Of a stretch of DNA of 64,000 nucleotides, positions 20,241 to 30,315 are shown piece after piece (within the stretch, counting starts at the first letter, position 1; the number at the start of each line of letters is the position of its first letter). Both the position numbers and the translations under genes were made by a program. The notes under the pieces are model-generated. The model was not told the origin of the DNA and did not search any database. It saw only the letters and a program-made list of their open reading frames with translations. The stretch lies in NCBI GenBank assembly GCA_965205675.1, contig OZ242186.1, positions 1,184,001 through 1,248,000 on the forward strand, read 5' to 3'. The DNA comes from Nitrosopumilus sp. (lineage in GTDB: Archaea; Thermoproteota; Nitrososphaeria; Nitrososphaerales; Nitrosopumilaceae).

Positions 20241-20308
20241 ACAGCATTTGTAATTCTAATGTTCATAAAAATTGAACGGTAAGATTAATCTGTAATACTC
20301 TTTGATAG

Positions 20309-21001
20309 TTGTCGTTGAAATCCCTCTTCATTGCTGGAACTGATACTGATGTTGGAAAAACATATGTTACAGCAGGCATTGCAACGACTCTATGTAAAAT
20401 GTCTGTAGATGTAGGAGTAATGAAACCTTTTGCAGCAGGCATTGCCCAAAAAAAAGGATTCAAATCCGAAGACGTTGGGATTATTTCCCGTGCAGCGCAA
20501 CTAAACGATCCTGAAAAACTGGTTAACCCTCAATTCTTTCCAATATCAGCATCCCCTTACACTGCTTGGAAATCTTTAAAAATTAAACCCAAGGTTAGCA
20601 CCATTTTATCTAGTTTTAAAAAATTATCTGTACTTCATAAAATTATTCTTGTTGAAGGCATAGGTGGCGTAATGACTCCCATTATGAAGAATTACTATGT
20701 TACAAATTTGATTAAAGATATGAAAATCCCTGCAGTAATTGTTACTAGAACCAAAGTTGGCACAGTAAATCACACAATCATGACTGTACGCATGTGTGAG
20801 AAATATAAAATCCCAATGAAAGGGATAATCATAAACGATTTTGATTCTAATGGTTACAACACAAAAGAGTTGACTCGCGATTTGAAAAATTTATTAAATA
20901 TTCCCATACTTGGCACTATTCCTTTTGTTGATGATCTTAGCGATGCTTCTTTATACAAAATTTTTAAAAAAAATCTTGATTTTGAATTATTGTTAAAATA
21001 G
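20309..21001 (+). CDS. bioD: Dethiobiotin synthase
   Basis: FIAGTDTDVGKT, MKPF, LVEGIGG, GTVNHT. Confidence 0.95.
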   Translation: MSLKSLFIAGTDTDVGKTYVTAGIATTLCKMSVDVGVMKPFAAGIAQKKGFKSEDVGIISRAAQLNDPEKLVNPQFFPISASPYTAWKSLKIKPKVSTILSSFKKLSVLHKIILVEGIGGVMTPIMKNYYVTNLIKDMKIPAVIVTRTKVGTVNHTIMTVRMCEKYKIPMKGIIINDFDSNGYNTKELTRDLKNLLNIPILGTIPFVDDLSDASLYKIFKKNLDFELLLK

Positions 21002-21006
21002 ATTTA

Positions 21007-21558
21007 TCATATACGTAATATTTTGAATTTGCTAATTCCACTCACATTTGTAAATTTTGCAATTTCAAATATTATTTTTGAAAATGTATTATTTTCTTTA
21101 GATAATACAAATGATCTTTTCCCAATGTTCATATTTTCAGATAACACTACCCATATGTTGTCTTTTTCTGATTGGTTTTTTTCCAATTCTGAGATTTTTT
21201 TCTTAACTATTACAATATCTGAGGATTTTGGGACACATATCAATAATGCTTTTTTTGGATCTTTTTCCAATGTTTTAATGTCCGGAATCACAATATCTAT
21301 TTGATTTCCCCCATACTCTAACTTTCTCTGACTAGGAACTAGTGAATTTGTAAGTAAATAATGCAATATTCCAATGGCTAAAATCCCAATTGCTTCATCT
21401 TTTTCATCCATTGATATGACTTGATCATAGCAATTCTTTACAATGTCTTCTATAATCTGATCAAATTTTTTTTCAATTATTAATTTATTAATTATTTCAG
21501 ATTTTTCAATGTATTCAAACAGTGTATCTTTTATTGGATTTGACTCTTCGCTCATCAT
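21007..21558 (-). CDS. Hypothetical protein
   Basis: 183-aa ORF with typical composition; IDIVIPD suggests a degenerate PD-(D/E)xK-like fold. Confidence 0.65.
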   Translation of the reverse strand: MMSEESNPIKDTLFEYIEKSEIINKLIIEKKFDQIIEDIVKNCYDQVISMDEKDEAIGILAIGILHYLLTNSLVPSQRKLEYGGNQIDIVIPDIKTLEKDPKKALLICVPKSSDIVIVKKKISELEKNQSEKDNIWVVLSENMNIGKRSFVLSKENNTFSKIIFEIAKFTNVSGISKFKILRI

Positions 21559-21662
21559 TCTTCAAAATCTCTTTCGATAGTTATACTATTAATTTATAGG
21601 TTCAAAGGGCTTTGTTTGTTATTTTAAAATCGGATTTATTGCATAATTTAGAAAATCCTGAG

Positions 21663-23057
21663 TTATTCGTTGAAAATGTAGCGCCTTTCGCCTCTAGATT
21701 CTTTTTCAGTATCAACATGTACTAAAACAAATTCTTTCTTTGAGTGCACCTTTGATTCTTCTGGTGTTAGTTTGTTTTCATGTAGTTCTTCATACTCTTT
21801 CCATGTTAGTCGCCTCCTATTTCCGATCTCGGTTTCCAAATTCATGTTCTTTACCATTTCTTTGTAAGTTGGTTGTATTACTCCACTAAACACCATCGCA
21901 CTACTTCCACTTCCATAAGAACCAAATCCTACTCTTTTTCCTTCCAAATCAATTCCTTTTTGATATTCAAATTCCAAACTGCTTCTAAATCCCAGATATA
22001 ATGATGCAGTATACAAATTACCAATCATACTTGAGGCAATCAATGAACTTGATAGTTTTGATTCATAAACTTCTTGATAAGATTGGGTTTTTGTAAATAG
22101 TTTTGTAAACTCATGATCTTTTGCCATAAACTCGTCATCCCCTAACACAGATTCAATTGTTCCGCGTGGATCTTTGGGTATTGGTTCTTTTATTCCTATG
22201 TCTTGTAAAATTTTCTTCCATCTTGGCAGCTGTCTCCATTCATGTCTAACCAAATATGCTAGTGCTTTTTTTCCCATGTTACTATATGGTAAATGCATGT
22301 TGATGTAATCCATATGATCTAGAATTGTTTCATCTTGTTCTATTTTGATTAGTCCTGAAGACACCACTTTTTTCTTATATGCTTCAAGTGCCTTTCTTAC
22401 TTGAATCATGTATAATAAATTAGAATACTGGCCATGAACAATAGGCGTCTCTTTTCCAAATGGTCTATAAAAATCATATTCATCTTTAATTGATGTAGAT
22501 GTAACTTTAGGATCAAATGCTAATAATCTTGGGTCATCATTAAGAAGCATAACTACTGCACCTGCCCCCTGAGTCATTTCACCACTTGAACCCATATCGT
22601 ATTTTGCAATATCTGAAACTACCACTAGCGCATGTTTTCCTTCCGCTTCTCCGGCTCTAATCCAATTTGTATTATCATAAAGTGCATATGAGCCACTTAC
22701 ACATGCAAATTTTGTTTCAACACCTCCACAATGTTCAAATGCACCTTGACCGTAAACTTGTTCTAGCATACCAATAACATAAGAATTCATTGCCTTTGAT
22801 TCATCAAATGCAGATTCTGTTGAAACATATAGTCTTCCAATGTCTTCTGGCGATAGTTTATTTTTCTGCATTATTCGCAAACAGGCATTTGCTGCAAGGC
22901 ATGCCGGATCTTGATTAGCATCCACTATTGCCATTTGAGAAACACCCAAGCCTTTTTGTAATTTTACTGGATCTAATCCTCTATTATCTGCAAAATCAGC
23001 TGCATCAATATACAATCTTGGAATGTATATTGCAATATCATCTATCCCAGCTGCCAT
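21663..23057 (-). CDS. Hydroxymethylglutaryl-CoA synthase (long, MvaS-like type)
   Basis: GIDDIAIYIP, STESAFDESK, ETKFACVSG (catalytic Cys), TQGAGAV, HLPY, IGNLYTAS, SYGSG; likely start MAAG. Confidence 0.93.
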   Translation of the reverse strand: MAAGIDDIAIYIPRLYIDAADFADNRGLDPVKLQKGLGVSQMAIVDANQDPACLAANACLRIMQKNKLSPEDIGRLYVSTESAFDESKAMNSYVIGMLEQVYGQGAFEHCGGVETKFACVSGSYALYDNTNWIRAGEAEGKHALVVVSDIAKYDMGSSGEMTQGAGAVVMLLNDDPRLLAFDPKVTSTSIKDEYDFYRPFGKETPIVHGQYSNLLYMIQVRKALEAYKKKVVSSGLIKIEQDETILDHMDYINMHLPYSNMGKKALAYLVRHEWRQLPRWKKILQDIGIKEPIPKDPRGTIESVLGDDEFMAKDHEFTKLFTKTQSYQEVYESKLSSSLIASSMIGNLYTASLYLGFRSSLEFEYQKGIDLEGKRVGFGSYGSGSSAMVFSGVIQPTYKEMVKNMNLETEIGNRRRLTWKEYEELHENKLTPEESKVHSKKEFVLVHVDTEKESRGERRYIFNE

Positions 23058-23258
23058 AAGCTTGGCTCCGAGTTTATACATTTAAGGATATTGGATAAAT
23101 TCCAAGTGTCTAGGAAGGAAATTTTTGTAATTTTTTTTTAACAGTCTATTCAGGATTTGATCGCATTTTGCTATTTTTTTAGATCTTGGTCTGGTCCCCT
23201 CTAGAGTAGGACCGGTAGCATACATACACTTTTCAGATAACTTGGGAGGCTTACCCTC

Positions 23259-23549
23259 ATGGTAAAGAGCAAATTCACATCAGCAGAAAAGTCAAGAGTG
23301 GTTTTAGAGTCACTAAACACAAACATTGCAACTGCAGAGTTGTGCAGAAAGTACAATATTCATCCACAGACATTCTACCAATGGAGGGAACGATTTGTAG
23401 AAGGTGGCAAGGCATCATTAAATGGCACACCAAACGGAGATGTCTGCAAGAATCTGCAAAAGGAAAATGATTCCCTCAAAAAACTAATCGGCGAGATCAC
23501 AATTGCCAATGACATTTTAAAAAAAACGTTGGAGAACCAGAAAAGATGA
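23259..23549 (+). CDS. IS3-family transposase OrfA (HTH)
   Basis: FTSAEKSRVVLE, AELCRKYNIHPQTFYQW HTH, leucine-zipper-like end LKKLIGEITIANDILKK. Confidence 0.92.
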   Translation: MVKSKFTSAEKSRVVLESLNTNIATAELCRKYNIHPQTFYQWRERFVEGGKASLNGTPNGDVCKNLQKENDSLKKLIGEITIANDILKKTLENQKR

Positions 23550-24367
23550 CTGCAGTGAATCAACTGAACAAACACATCAGTTTGAACAAGTCATTGTTAT
23601 TAATTGGAGTCTCAAAATCCAAATGGTATTACTCAAAGTCACCAAGAAGGATTCAGACAGATCCTGCAGTAACTGATGTAGTTCAAAAGATTGGAAAACA
23701 AAGGCCAACTTATGGAACCAGACGCATGGCATCCCAAGTCTCAAGGGAACTGAACAAGCCTGTAAACAGAAAACAAATCAGAAGAATATTTCACAAATTG
23801 GGCTGGATTGGGCCTAAAAAGACCAAAAATGACATCATCAAATCTGCCAGAACATTATTCAAGCCTGATGCACCAAACCAGTTGTGGCAGACAGACATCA
23901 CATATGTCTGGTGTGGGGTTGACAGATGGTGCTACTGCTTTAACGTGATTGATGCATTTAGCAGGAAATGGATTTGGCATTCATTTGATGTGGCAGCTCC
24001 AAAGAGCACTGCAATTGACAGCATCATTAATGCAGTAGCTACTGCAAAGCCTGATTGCACAAAACTGATTCTCAGAACTGACAACGGTTCGCAATACAAC
24101 AGCCGAGATTTCAGAAAAGCAGTTGTTCTACTTGGAATAAGACACGAATTCATCGGGCACCACACGCCAGAACAAAACGGACATGTCGAATCATTCCACA
24201 AGACACTCAAGAAGGAATACTTGTGGAGGTACGAGTTTGCAAACTATCAGGAAGCCGAAGTTGCTCTAGAGAAAGCACGAATCGATTACAATGGTTCCAG
24301 GATTCATTCAGCGTTAGGATACCTTACTCCTGATGAATTCATGGAGTTATGGGAGATGAAAACATAA
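23546..24367 (+). CDS. IS3-family transposase OrfB (DDE integrase core)
   Basis: YGTRR, WQTDITY, RTDNGSQY, NGHVESFHKTLK, RIHSALGYLTP; ATGA overlap with OrfA. Confidence 0.95.
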   Translation: MTAVNQLNKHISLNKSLLLIGVSKSKWYYSKSPRRIQTDPAVTDVVQKIGKQRPTYGTRRMASQVSRELNKPVNRKQIRRIFHKLGWIGPKKTKNDIIKSARTLFKPDAPNQLWQTDITYVWCGVDRWCYCFNVIDAFSRKWIWHSFDVAAPKSTAIDSIINAVATAKPDCTKLILRTDNGSQYNSRDFRKAVVLLGIRHEFIGHHTPEQNGHVESFHKTLKKEYLWRYEFANYQEAEVALEKARIDYNGSRIHSALGYLTPDEFMELWEMKT

Positions 24368-24389
24368 ATGAATCAGACTGTATGTAAGA

Positions 24390-25121
24390 TTATGCAAAAA
24401 GTGGTACTAAAAACAGGGGTCCACTCCAATCTTCTTCAAAAACTTGTTCAAATGTTTCATATGACTGCGCTCCAAACAAGCTGGTTATTTTTCCATCTAG
24501 GCTTATCACAAAAAATGCAGGAGTTCCAGTTAGTTCTAAACTTTGTGCATCTTCGTTACTGGCCAGTATTGTTTGTGAGTGTACTCCGTTTAACATACAT
24601 TCAGTCCACACATCCAAGTCCAATCCTATTTCTTGAGCAAATTTTCCCAGGTTTTCTGATGATGCCCATCCGTTGTTTTCTCCAGTCCAATTTGAATATA
24701 ATATGTCGTGGTATTCCCAAAATAATCCTTGATCATTTGCGCAATGTGTTCCATGTGATGCGTTAACTGAGTCTGGACCAATAATGTTGTAATCTTTAAA
24801 AATTATTTTGACTTTTCCCGTATTTACATAATTTTCTAAAATTTTACCTTCAGTTGAATGAAAAAATACATTACAGAAATGACACTGGTAATCCCCAAAT
24901 TCAATTAATGTGATGGGCGCATTAGGATCTCCAAGTATTGGCGAACCGTTAGCTAAAAATGTGTCCATAGTCACTTTTGCAGGTTCTGCTTGTTGTATTG
25001 TAGGCGTTGGTTGAATTTCAAGCTCTGGTTGATTTGAAATAGTTCCAAATCCTAAAAATGCCACAATTATCACTACTGATGCAATTACAGCTCCAATGGC
25101 AAGAGATGGGGCATGTATCAT
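24390..25121 (-). CDS. DsbA-family thiol-disulfide oxidoreductase, C-terminus altered by IS3 insertion
   Basis: N-terminal TM, LGDPNAPITLIEFGDYQCHFC, GTPAF; last 12 aa are encoded by the IS end. Confidence 0.9.
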   Translation of the reverse strand: MIHAPSLAIGAVIASVVIIVAFLGFGTISNQPELEIQPTPTIQQAEPAKVTMDTFLANGSPILGDPNAPITLIEFGDYQCHFCNVFFHSTEGKILENYVNTGKVKIIFKDYNIIGPDSVNASHGTHCANDQGLFWEYHDILYSNWTGENNGWASSENLGKFAQEIGLDLDVWTECMLNGVHSQTILASNEDAQSLELTGTPAFFVISLDGKITSLFGAQSYETFEQVFEEDWSGPLFLVPLFA

Positions 25122-25169
25122 TGACTATGGATTTTTCTAAGTACATTTAGTCGTTTGTTCTAAATCAAC

Positions 25170-25520
25170 CTCACGATATGTCGATAATAGTATTTTTGAT
25201 ACACCAGCAACTGTATCTTTAGATGGTTCTTGCTCCTTTTTTACTCTATCACGTCTTTGCATCCTAGAATATCGATTAGAAACCAATATGCATCATATCA
25301 GACTGATGAGTATTACACGAGGATGCACTGTAAGTTTTTGAACTAGATTCATTTTTTATGCTATCTGATTTCCTTGCCAATGTATTCACAGTATCAGGCA
25401 ATGTGTTTGTTGGCAGTTCTAGTCTTCTTGCGAGTTTTGGCACGAATGCAAGTATCTTCTAATTTCCTAGATGATTTTGGCACATATGGTTATAGTTACC
25501 AGTGTAATTTATTGAGATCT
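25170..25520 (-). pseudogene. Probable eroded IS5-type transposase fragment
   Basis: Minus strand LAFVPKLARRLELPTNTLPD resembles the N-terminal part of DDE_Tnp_1 transposases; many stops. Confidence 0.3.
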
Positions 25521-25645
25521 AAATTAAGACAAAAATTTCCAATTAGGAAAAAGTTCTCAAATACCAGCCATCATGTCTGGTAAAAAAAATATTCAAAAAT
25601 AAGCAAATGCTCAAAAATTAAGAGATAAAAAAGAAATTTTTGATT

Positions 25646-26884
25646 TTATTGGAATGGATCAATAAAAGGACAGTTGACAATATGGTCACTGCCCATTGGA
25701 CGTGCAATACCAATATCAATCAAACCAGTTTCCCTGTAGGCATTAATATCATCAAGGGTTTCTAATACCTGTGCATTTTCAGGATTATTCCAACCAATCA
25801 CAAAGATTCTCCACATTGGAGAATAGTTATCATCACCAGGAGCTCCTGCTGCAATCCCAGGTTGGAATCCTAATGGACCAGTGCCTGTCAGACCATTTTT
25901 GAATTGATACAAATCTACTGCTGCTGAATTTACAATCAAGTTTGCAGATGTTGGTGAATTTACAACGCCCATCATTCCTGCAGGACCACTTGGAGTAGCA
26001 TCTGTTACAATGTAATAGATAGTTCTACCATCTGGACCCCATCCACGATGAGATATGAAAGTCACATTCATCTCTTCTGTATTGATATCAAGAATTTGAC
26101 CGCCGCCGTAAGGGGTAACATCAGTTAATGTCTTATCCTCCTTAACCATCATCTGACCTTCAGGCCAAATAATCTGGGGCATATTCAAAACTACATTAAG
26201 ATCTGTCAAGGTGATTTCACCATTCTCAGCTGCTTCGATAATCATTGTTTCTGAATCAAGCACTCTTGAAGCAACACCCTCATTCCATGTTACATGAACA
26301 TGAGAAGTTAATGCACTATACACTTCTGCTTGAGCAGGAGTACTAGTGAAGACTTGACCCTGGTATCCATGTATACCATCGCCTTCAATGCCGTTGGTAA
26401 ACAAGTATATTTTAGAAAGTGCTTCTTCAGGAACATTCTTCAACAAAGGAGCAAGTTCAACTTGCCATCCTTGTTGTTCAGTAATTATATTTGCATGTGT
26501 GGGATCACTTGAATCAGTGATGATATAATAAACATCGTCACCATCATAGTAGCCTTGATGCAGAGGAATTGTTGCAGGAACATTCGCTCTTGATAATCTA
26601 AGTACAGAACCCAAGTCGGATTCAGTTAATTCTTCTGAGGATTCTGCCTCAATTGGAACTGCAAGAGCAGTACTTCGATCTTGGTCTGCTTCCCAACCGG
26701 CTCTATCACCAGGATAATTAGAACATAGGTCTAATCCACAAATGTTAGTACTTGAACCATATTGAGAGATTCCAGTTCCTTTGCTTTTCAAAGCATCAGC
26801 ATCTGCGAAATAGTCAATTCCCAAACCTGTGGCAAACAAGGGTAAAATTGCAAGAAATACAATGTATCTTAAACTCTTGTTCAT
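25646..26884 (-). CDS. Secreted acidic protein with two internally repeated beta domains
   Basis: Signal peptide, CGLDLC motif; repeats YYIITDSSD/YYIVTDATP, YLFTNG/YQFKNG, YSALT/YSPMW, VLNMP/IVNCP. Confidence 0.8.
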   Translation of the reverse strand: MNKSLRYIVFLAILPLFATGLGIDYFADADALKSKGTGISQYGSSTNICGLDLCSNYPGDRAGWEADQDRSTALAVPIEAESSEELTESDLGSVLRLSRANVPATIPLHQGYYDGDDVYYIITDSSDPTHANIITEQQGWQVELAPLLKNVPEEALSKIYLFTNGIEGDGIHGYQGQVFTSTPAQAEVYSALTSHVHVTWNEGVASRVLDSETMIIEAAENGEITLTDLNVVLNMPQIIWPEGQMMVKEDKTLTDVTPYGGGQILDINTEEMNVTFISHRGWGPDGRTIYYIVTDATPSGPAGMMGVVNSPTSANLIVNSAAVDLYQFKNGLTGTGPLGFQPGIAAGAPGDDNYSPMWRIFVIGWNNPENAQVLETLDDINAYRETGLIDIGIARPMGSDHIVNCPFIDPFQ

Positions 26885-26935
26885 ATGAGTGAAGATAGAA
26901 CTGGGCTTTAAAAGAATTTGCCCAAATGAGACAAT

Positions 26936-27559
26936 TTAATCAGATAATTCAGAAAATCTATTTCCAACATAATCCCAGTTTACAACATTCCACCAGGCAT
27001 CAACATAATCAAAACGTCTGTTTTGATACTTTAGATAGTATGCATGTTCCCAAACATCCAATCCCAATAAAGGATATTTTTGGACAGTCCAAGGACTAGT
27101 TTGGTTTTCAGTTGTAATAATTTCAATTCTATGATAAGTCTCATTGAAAACTAACCAACACCAACCACTGCCTTGAATGCCAAGGGCTTTTTCAGAAAAA
27201 ATTTTCTTAAAATTACGAAAATTATCAAAATAAACATCAATCGAGTCTTCTAATTTTCCGCCAGGTTGTCCATCACAATTAGGAGTCATAGTTTCCCAAA
27301 ATAATCTATGATTTTCAAATCCACCACCAAAGAAGTTGATTGCACTTCTTCCAGACTCAGAGACGGATTTTAAATCAGATAAAATAGATGAAATGTATTG
27401 AGGATGAGATGCACTGCCAATACCTTCAAGAGATTTGTTCAGTCCATCAACATACGCCTGATGATGTTTTTGATGGTGAATTTTCATAGTTTCGCTATCA
27501 ATGAATGGTTCTAACTCATCATAATCATAAGGCAATCTTGGAAGTTCATATCTAACCAT
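26936..27559 (-). CDS. sod: Fe/Mn superoxide dismutase
   Basis: LPYDYDELEP, HHQKHHQAY, NHRLFW, QGSGW, DVWEHAYY. Confidence 0.96.
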   Translation of the reverse strand: MVRYELPRLPYDYDELEPFIDSETMKIHHQKHHQAYVDGLNKSLEGIGSASHPQYISSILSDLKSVSESGRSAINFFGGGFENHRLFWETMTPNCDGQPGGKLEDSIDVYFDNFRNFKKIFSEKALGIQGSGWCWLVFNETYHRIEIITTENQTSPWTVQKYPLLGLDVWEHAYYLKYQNRRFDYVDAWWNVVNWDYVGNRFSELSD

Positions 27560-27632
27560 GAATCAATATAATACAATCCACATATATTCTTCAAGTGCAA
27601 AGAATGATAAATCTTGACAGTATAGAAAAAAC

Positions 27633-28250
27633 ATGAGGCAGTTAGGTACTATAGATTTAGAAATTTTGCATTTAGCAATAAATGAAAACGGCACATTTGA
27701 TGAAACCAATCTTGAAGATTCAGAATTAAAACGATTTGGAGTTGGGAAATTATTAGACTCGCTGGCAACACTAAAAGACAGAAAAATGATATCGCTAAAC
27801 AAGGAGGGCTCATTTACAATCACAGAGTTGGCAAGAGAGATTCTTTGGAGTAAAAACATTCCAACGTGGGCAAAAATATTACGGTTGCTACAGATAAAAT
27901 CATGTAATTTCAAACAAATCGAAGATATTTTAAAAATATCAAAAAATGAACTTGAAGAAAATATCAGAAGGTTAAGAAAAAATCAGTTTGTATTAATGTC
28001 ACCACAAAGAATAGAAGAAAGAGTAATCAAAGTTTATGAGATTTTACCTGAAGGAATAGAGGAAATAGATAAAACAGAAACAAACGGGTTTGATAATACA
28101 AAATTTAGAGAGTCAAAACAGGAAACAGAAATTCAAAGCATCATAGATCAGATTATAGAAGAAATTCAAAGTAACATTAAGTTAGAACAGATAAAAAAAG
28201 AATCAGTTATTAGAAAATTAACCATATTAAAAGATAAGTTAGAAATTTAA
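27633..28250 (+). CDS. Hypothetical protein with tandem winged-helix-like domains
   Basis: Two wHTH-like segments (LDSLATLKDRKMI..FTITELA; LRKNQFV..YEILPEG). Confidence 0.7.
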   Translation: MRQLGTIDLEILHLAINENGTFDETNLEDSELKRFGVGKLLDSLATLKDRKMISLNKEGSFTITELAREILWSKNIPTWAKILRLLQIKSCNFKQIEDILKISKNELEENIRRLRKNQFVLMSPQRIEERVIKVYEILPEGIEEIDKTETNGFDNTKFRESKQETEIQSIIDQIIEEIQSNIKLEQIKKESVIRKLTILKDKLEI

Positions 28251-29975
28251 TTATTTTGTTCGAATCTTATCTTGTATCTGAGCTAAGATAAGTTCTGCCT
28301 TGTCTTTGTTTTCATAATTTTCTCTAGAGTCATCCATAATTTCGTCAATTTCATAGCTTTTATCAACTAAAATATTTGCAACATGATCATCTAGAGTACC
28401 ATTTCCAATCAAATAGTAAGCAAATACGGTATTTTTTTGACCAATCCTATGAAGTCTATCTTCGGCTTGTCTGTGAATAGCAGGACTCCAATCAAGTTCT
28501 GCAAATATCACATATTTTGCACGAGTTAAATTAATACCGACATTGCCAGCACGAATTCCAGCAATCATTAATTTTGACTCACCTTTTTGGAATTTATCTA
28601 TTTGATCTTGGCGAGTTGAATCAGATTGTCCTCCAATAATAGAGACAGGTGAAAACTCTTGCAAGCTATCATGAAGTAGTTTGTGGATGACTTTGTGGTG
28701 ACAAAAGACAACCACACTTTCTTCAATTTCCATAATATTTTTTACAAAATTAATCACGTGAGGCAGCTTTGCAAGGCCTGCAATTTGTCTTTCACTTTGA
28801 ATTGCCCTAGTATATGATGCAGATTTGGAAAATTCTGTCTCAGCATCTTTTTGTTCTGATTCTACTTTCTTCCAAATTTTATCTAGTTCTTCAAGATAAT
28901 AATCAGTATCAGCAGCGATAACTTCTTTGTATCTAACTTTATCTTTAAGTTCTTTTAAGACATCAGCTTTCTTTCTTCGTAACATCACATGTTTTTGTAA
29001 TTCATTTCGAAGAGATGCTCGTTTATTTTCTAAAACAATTGCTTTTCCTTTTTCATTAACATAGCAAAAATACTCACAGAATTCTTTAAAGCTTCCCAAT
29101 AAACCGGGTTTGATAATATCAATGATAGGCCAAATTTCTGAACCACGATTATAGATAGGAGTTCCAGAAAGGCCGATTCTATAATGAATGGAGGGAAGCG
29201 CAGCTAATTTTTTTACTGCTTTGTATTTTTGAGTTGTTTTTGAACGCAGGTTATGGACTTCATCACAAACTATTGTTTTCAAACCAAGTTTAGACAAGTC
29301 ATTATTTCTTTTGAAAAGTAATTCATAATTAATTATGTAAATATCAGTTTTAGGAAGTTCGTGTGATTTTCCAGTTCTAATTATAGTAACACTTGGAGAA
29401 TCAGATTCAACAATACGGCCATTCCTACTTTTCTTTTTTAAGAATTTTGCAATTTCACGTTCCCAATTATTCAAAGTAACTAACGGTGCTACAACAAGGA
29501 GTGGAAATGTTTGTTTTTCAGTTGCAGCGTAAGAAAGAGTTTGGACAGTTTTACCAAGACCCATCTCATCAGCTAATAAGGCATTTCCAGATGATTTGAG
29601 TAAAAAGTCCAAGCCTTCTTTTTGGAAATTTAATAATTTGCCCCTAAACTGTTCTCCAGTTTTAGCTCGTTTTAGCTTTAGTTTGATTGGAGGAATACTA
29701 GGCTTTGGAGCATATGTCTTTACGATTTTTCTCTGCCAGACAGATTTGGATAAGATTTCAAGAGGATATCGGTCCATAATGAGTTTGAGTTGTTTGACAG
29801 TCTCGGTACTATCAGGAATAATTATTTCATTAACATTTTCACCATACCAAGCTTCTGAGACAAGTCTAGATAGCATGCTGACTGCACGATCACCAGTCAC
29901 TTTCCAGCTCCAGATTTTAGAGTATTTGTCAAGAACATACTCTAAGGTACCAATGTTTCCCATGGATGTTTCCAT
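28251..29975 (-). CDS. SNF2-family (HARP/SMARCAL1-like) helicase/translocase
   Basis: LLADEMGLGKT, CDEVH, LSGTP, GVNL-like GINLT, QAEDRLHRIGQ. Confidence 0.93.
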   Translation of the reverse strand: METSMGNIGTLEYVLDKYSKIWSWKVTGDRAVSMLSRLVSEAWYGENVNEIIIPDSTETVKQLKLIMDRYPLEILSKSVWQRKIVKTYAPKPSIPPIKLKLKRAKTGEQFRGKLLNFQKEGLDFLLKSSGNALLADEMGLGKTVQTLSYAATEKQTFPLLVVAPLVTLNNWEREIAKFLKKKSRNGRIVESDSPSVTIIRTGKSHELPKTDIYIINYELLFKRNNDLSKLGLKTIVCDEVHNLRSKTTQKYKAVKKLAALPSIHYRIGLSGTPIYNRGSEIWPIIDIIKPGLLGSFKEFCEYFCYVNEKGKAIVLENKRASLRNELQKHVMLRRKKADVLKELKDKVRYKEVIAADTDYYLEELDKIWKKVESEQKDAETEFSKSASYTRAIQSERQIAGLAKLPHVINFVKNIMEIEESVVVFCHHKVIHKLLHDSLQEFSPVSIIGGQSDSTRQDQIDKFQKGESKLMIAGIRAGNVGINLTRAKYVIFAELDWSPAIHRQAEDRLHRIGQKNTVFAYYLIGNGTLDDHVANILVDKSYEIDEIMDDSRENYENKDKAELILAQIQDKIRTK

Positions 29976-30315
29976 AATTTGTCGATAGAAAGTTTTTTTG
30001 CCTTATGAATCTTCATATTTTTCTCGATCATTAAAAAAGAAATCCATAATCTACAAGAGTTAAAATATGATACCTGTTTGCAACTTGGGGGAAAATTATT
30101 TTGGCAGATCTACAGGCACAGATGGAGAAAATGGAAAAAATCACAGTATGATAAAAGGAGAACCATATTTAGACAGAGATAAAATGGAATAATCTGAATT
30201 TAAAACAACAGAATTTTTGTTGGAAATTTTAATAAAATAATTAGATGTGTAGAATCTGATTTTAAAAATTAACAACACAACATACGTTTAAAATTCACAA
30301 GATTTTAGAAAAGTT

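Larger units (their letters stand above)
23187..24428 (+). mobile_element. Intact IS3-family insertion sequence (1242 bp) with 4-bp TSD ATCT
   Basis: TG...CA ends; imperfect IRs tggtctggtcccct.. and ..aggggtccactcca; ATCT at 23183-23186 and 24429-24432. Confidence 0.92.

Noticed and set aside
24368-24766. 132-aa ORF after IS3 orfB, possible passenger gene
   Set aside because: Runs past the IS end, antisense to dsbA; shadow ORF
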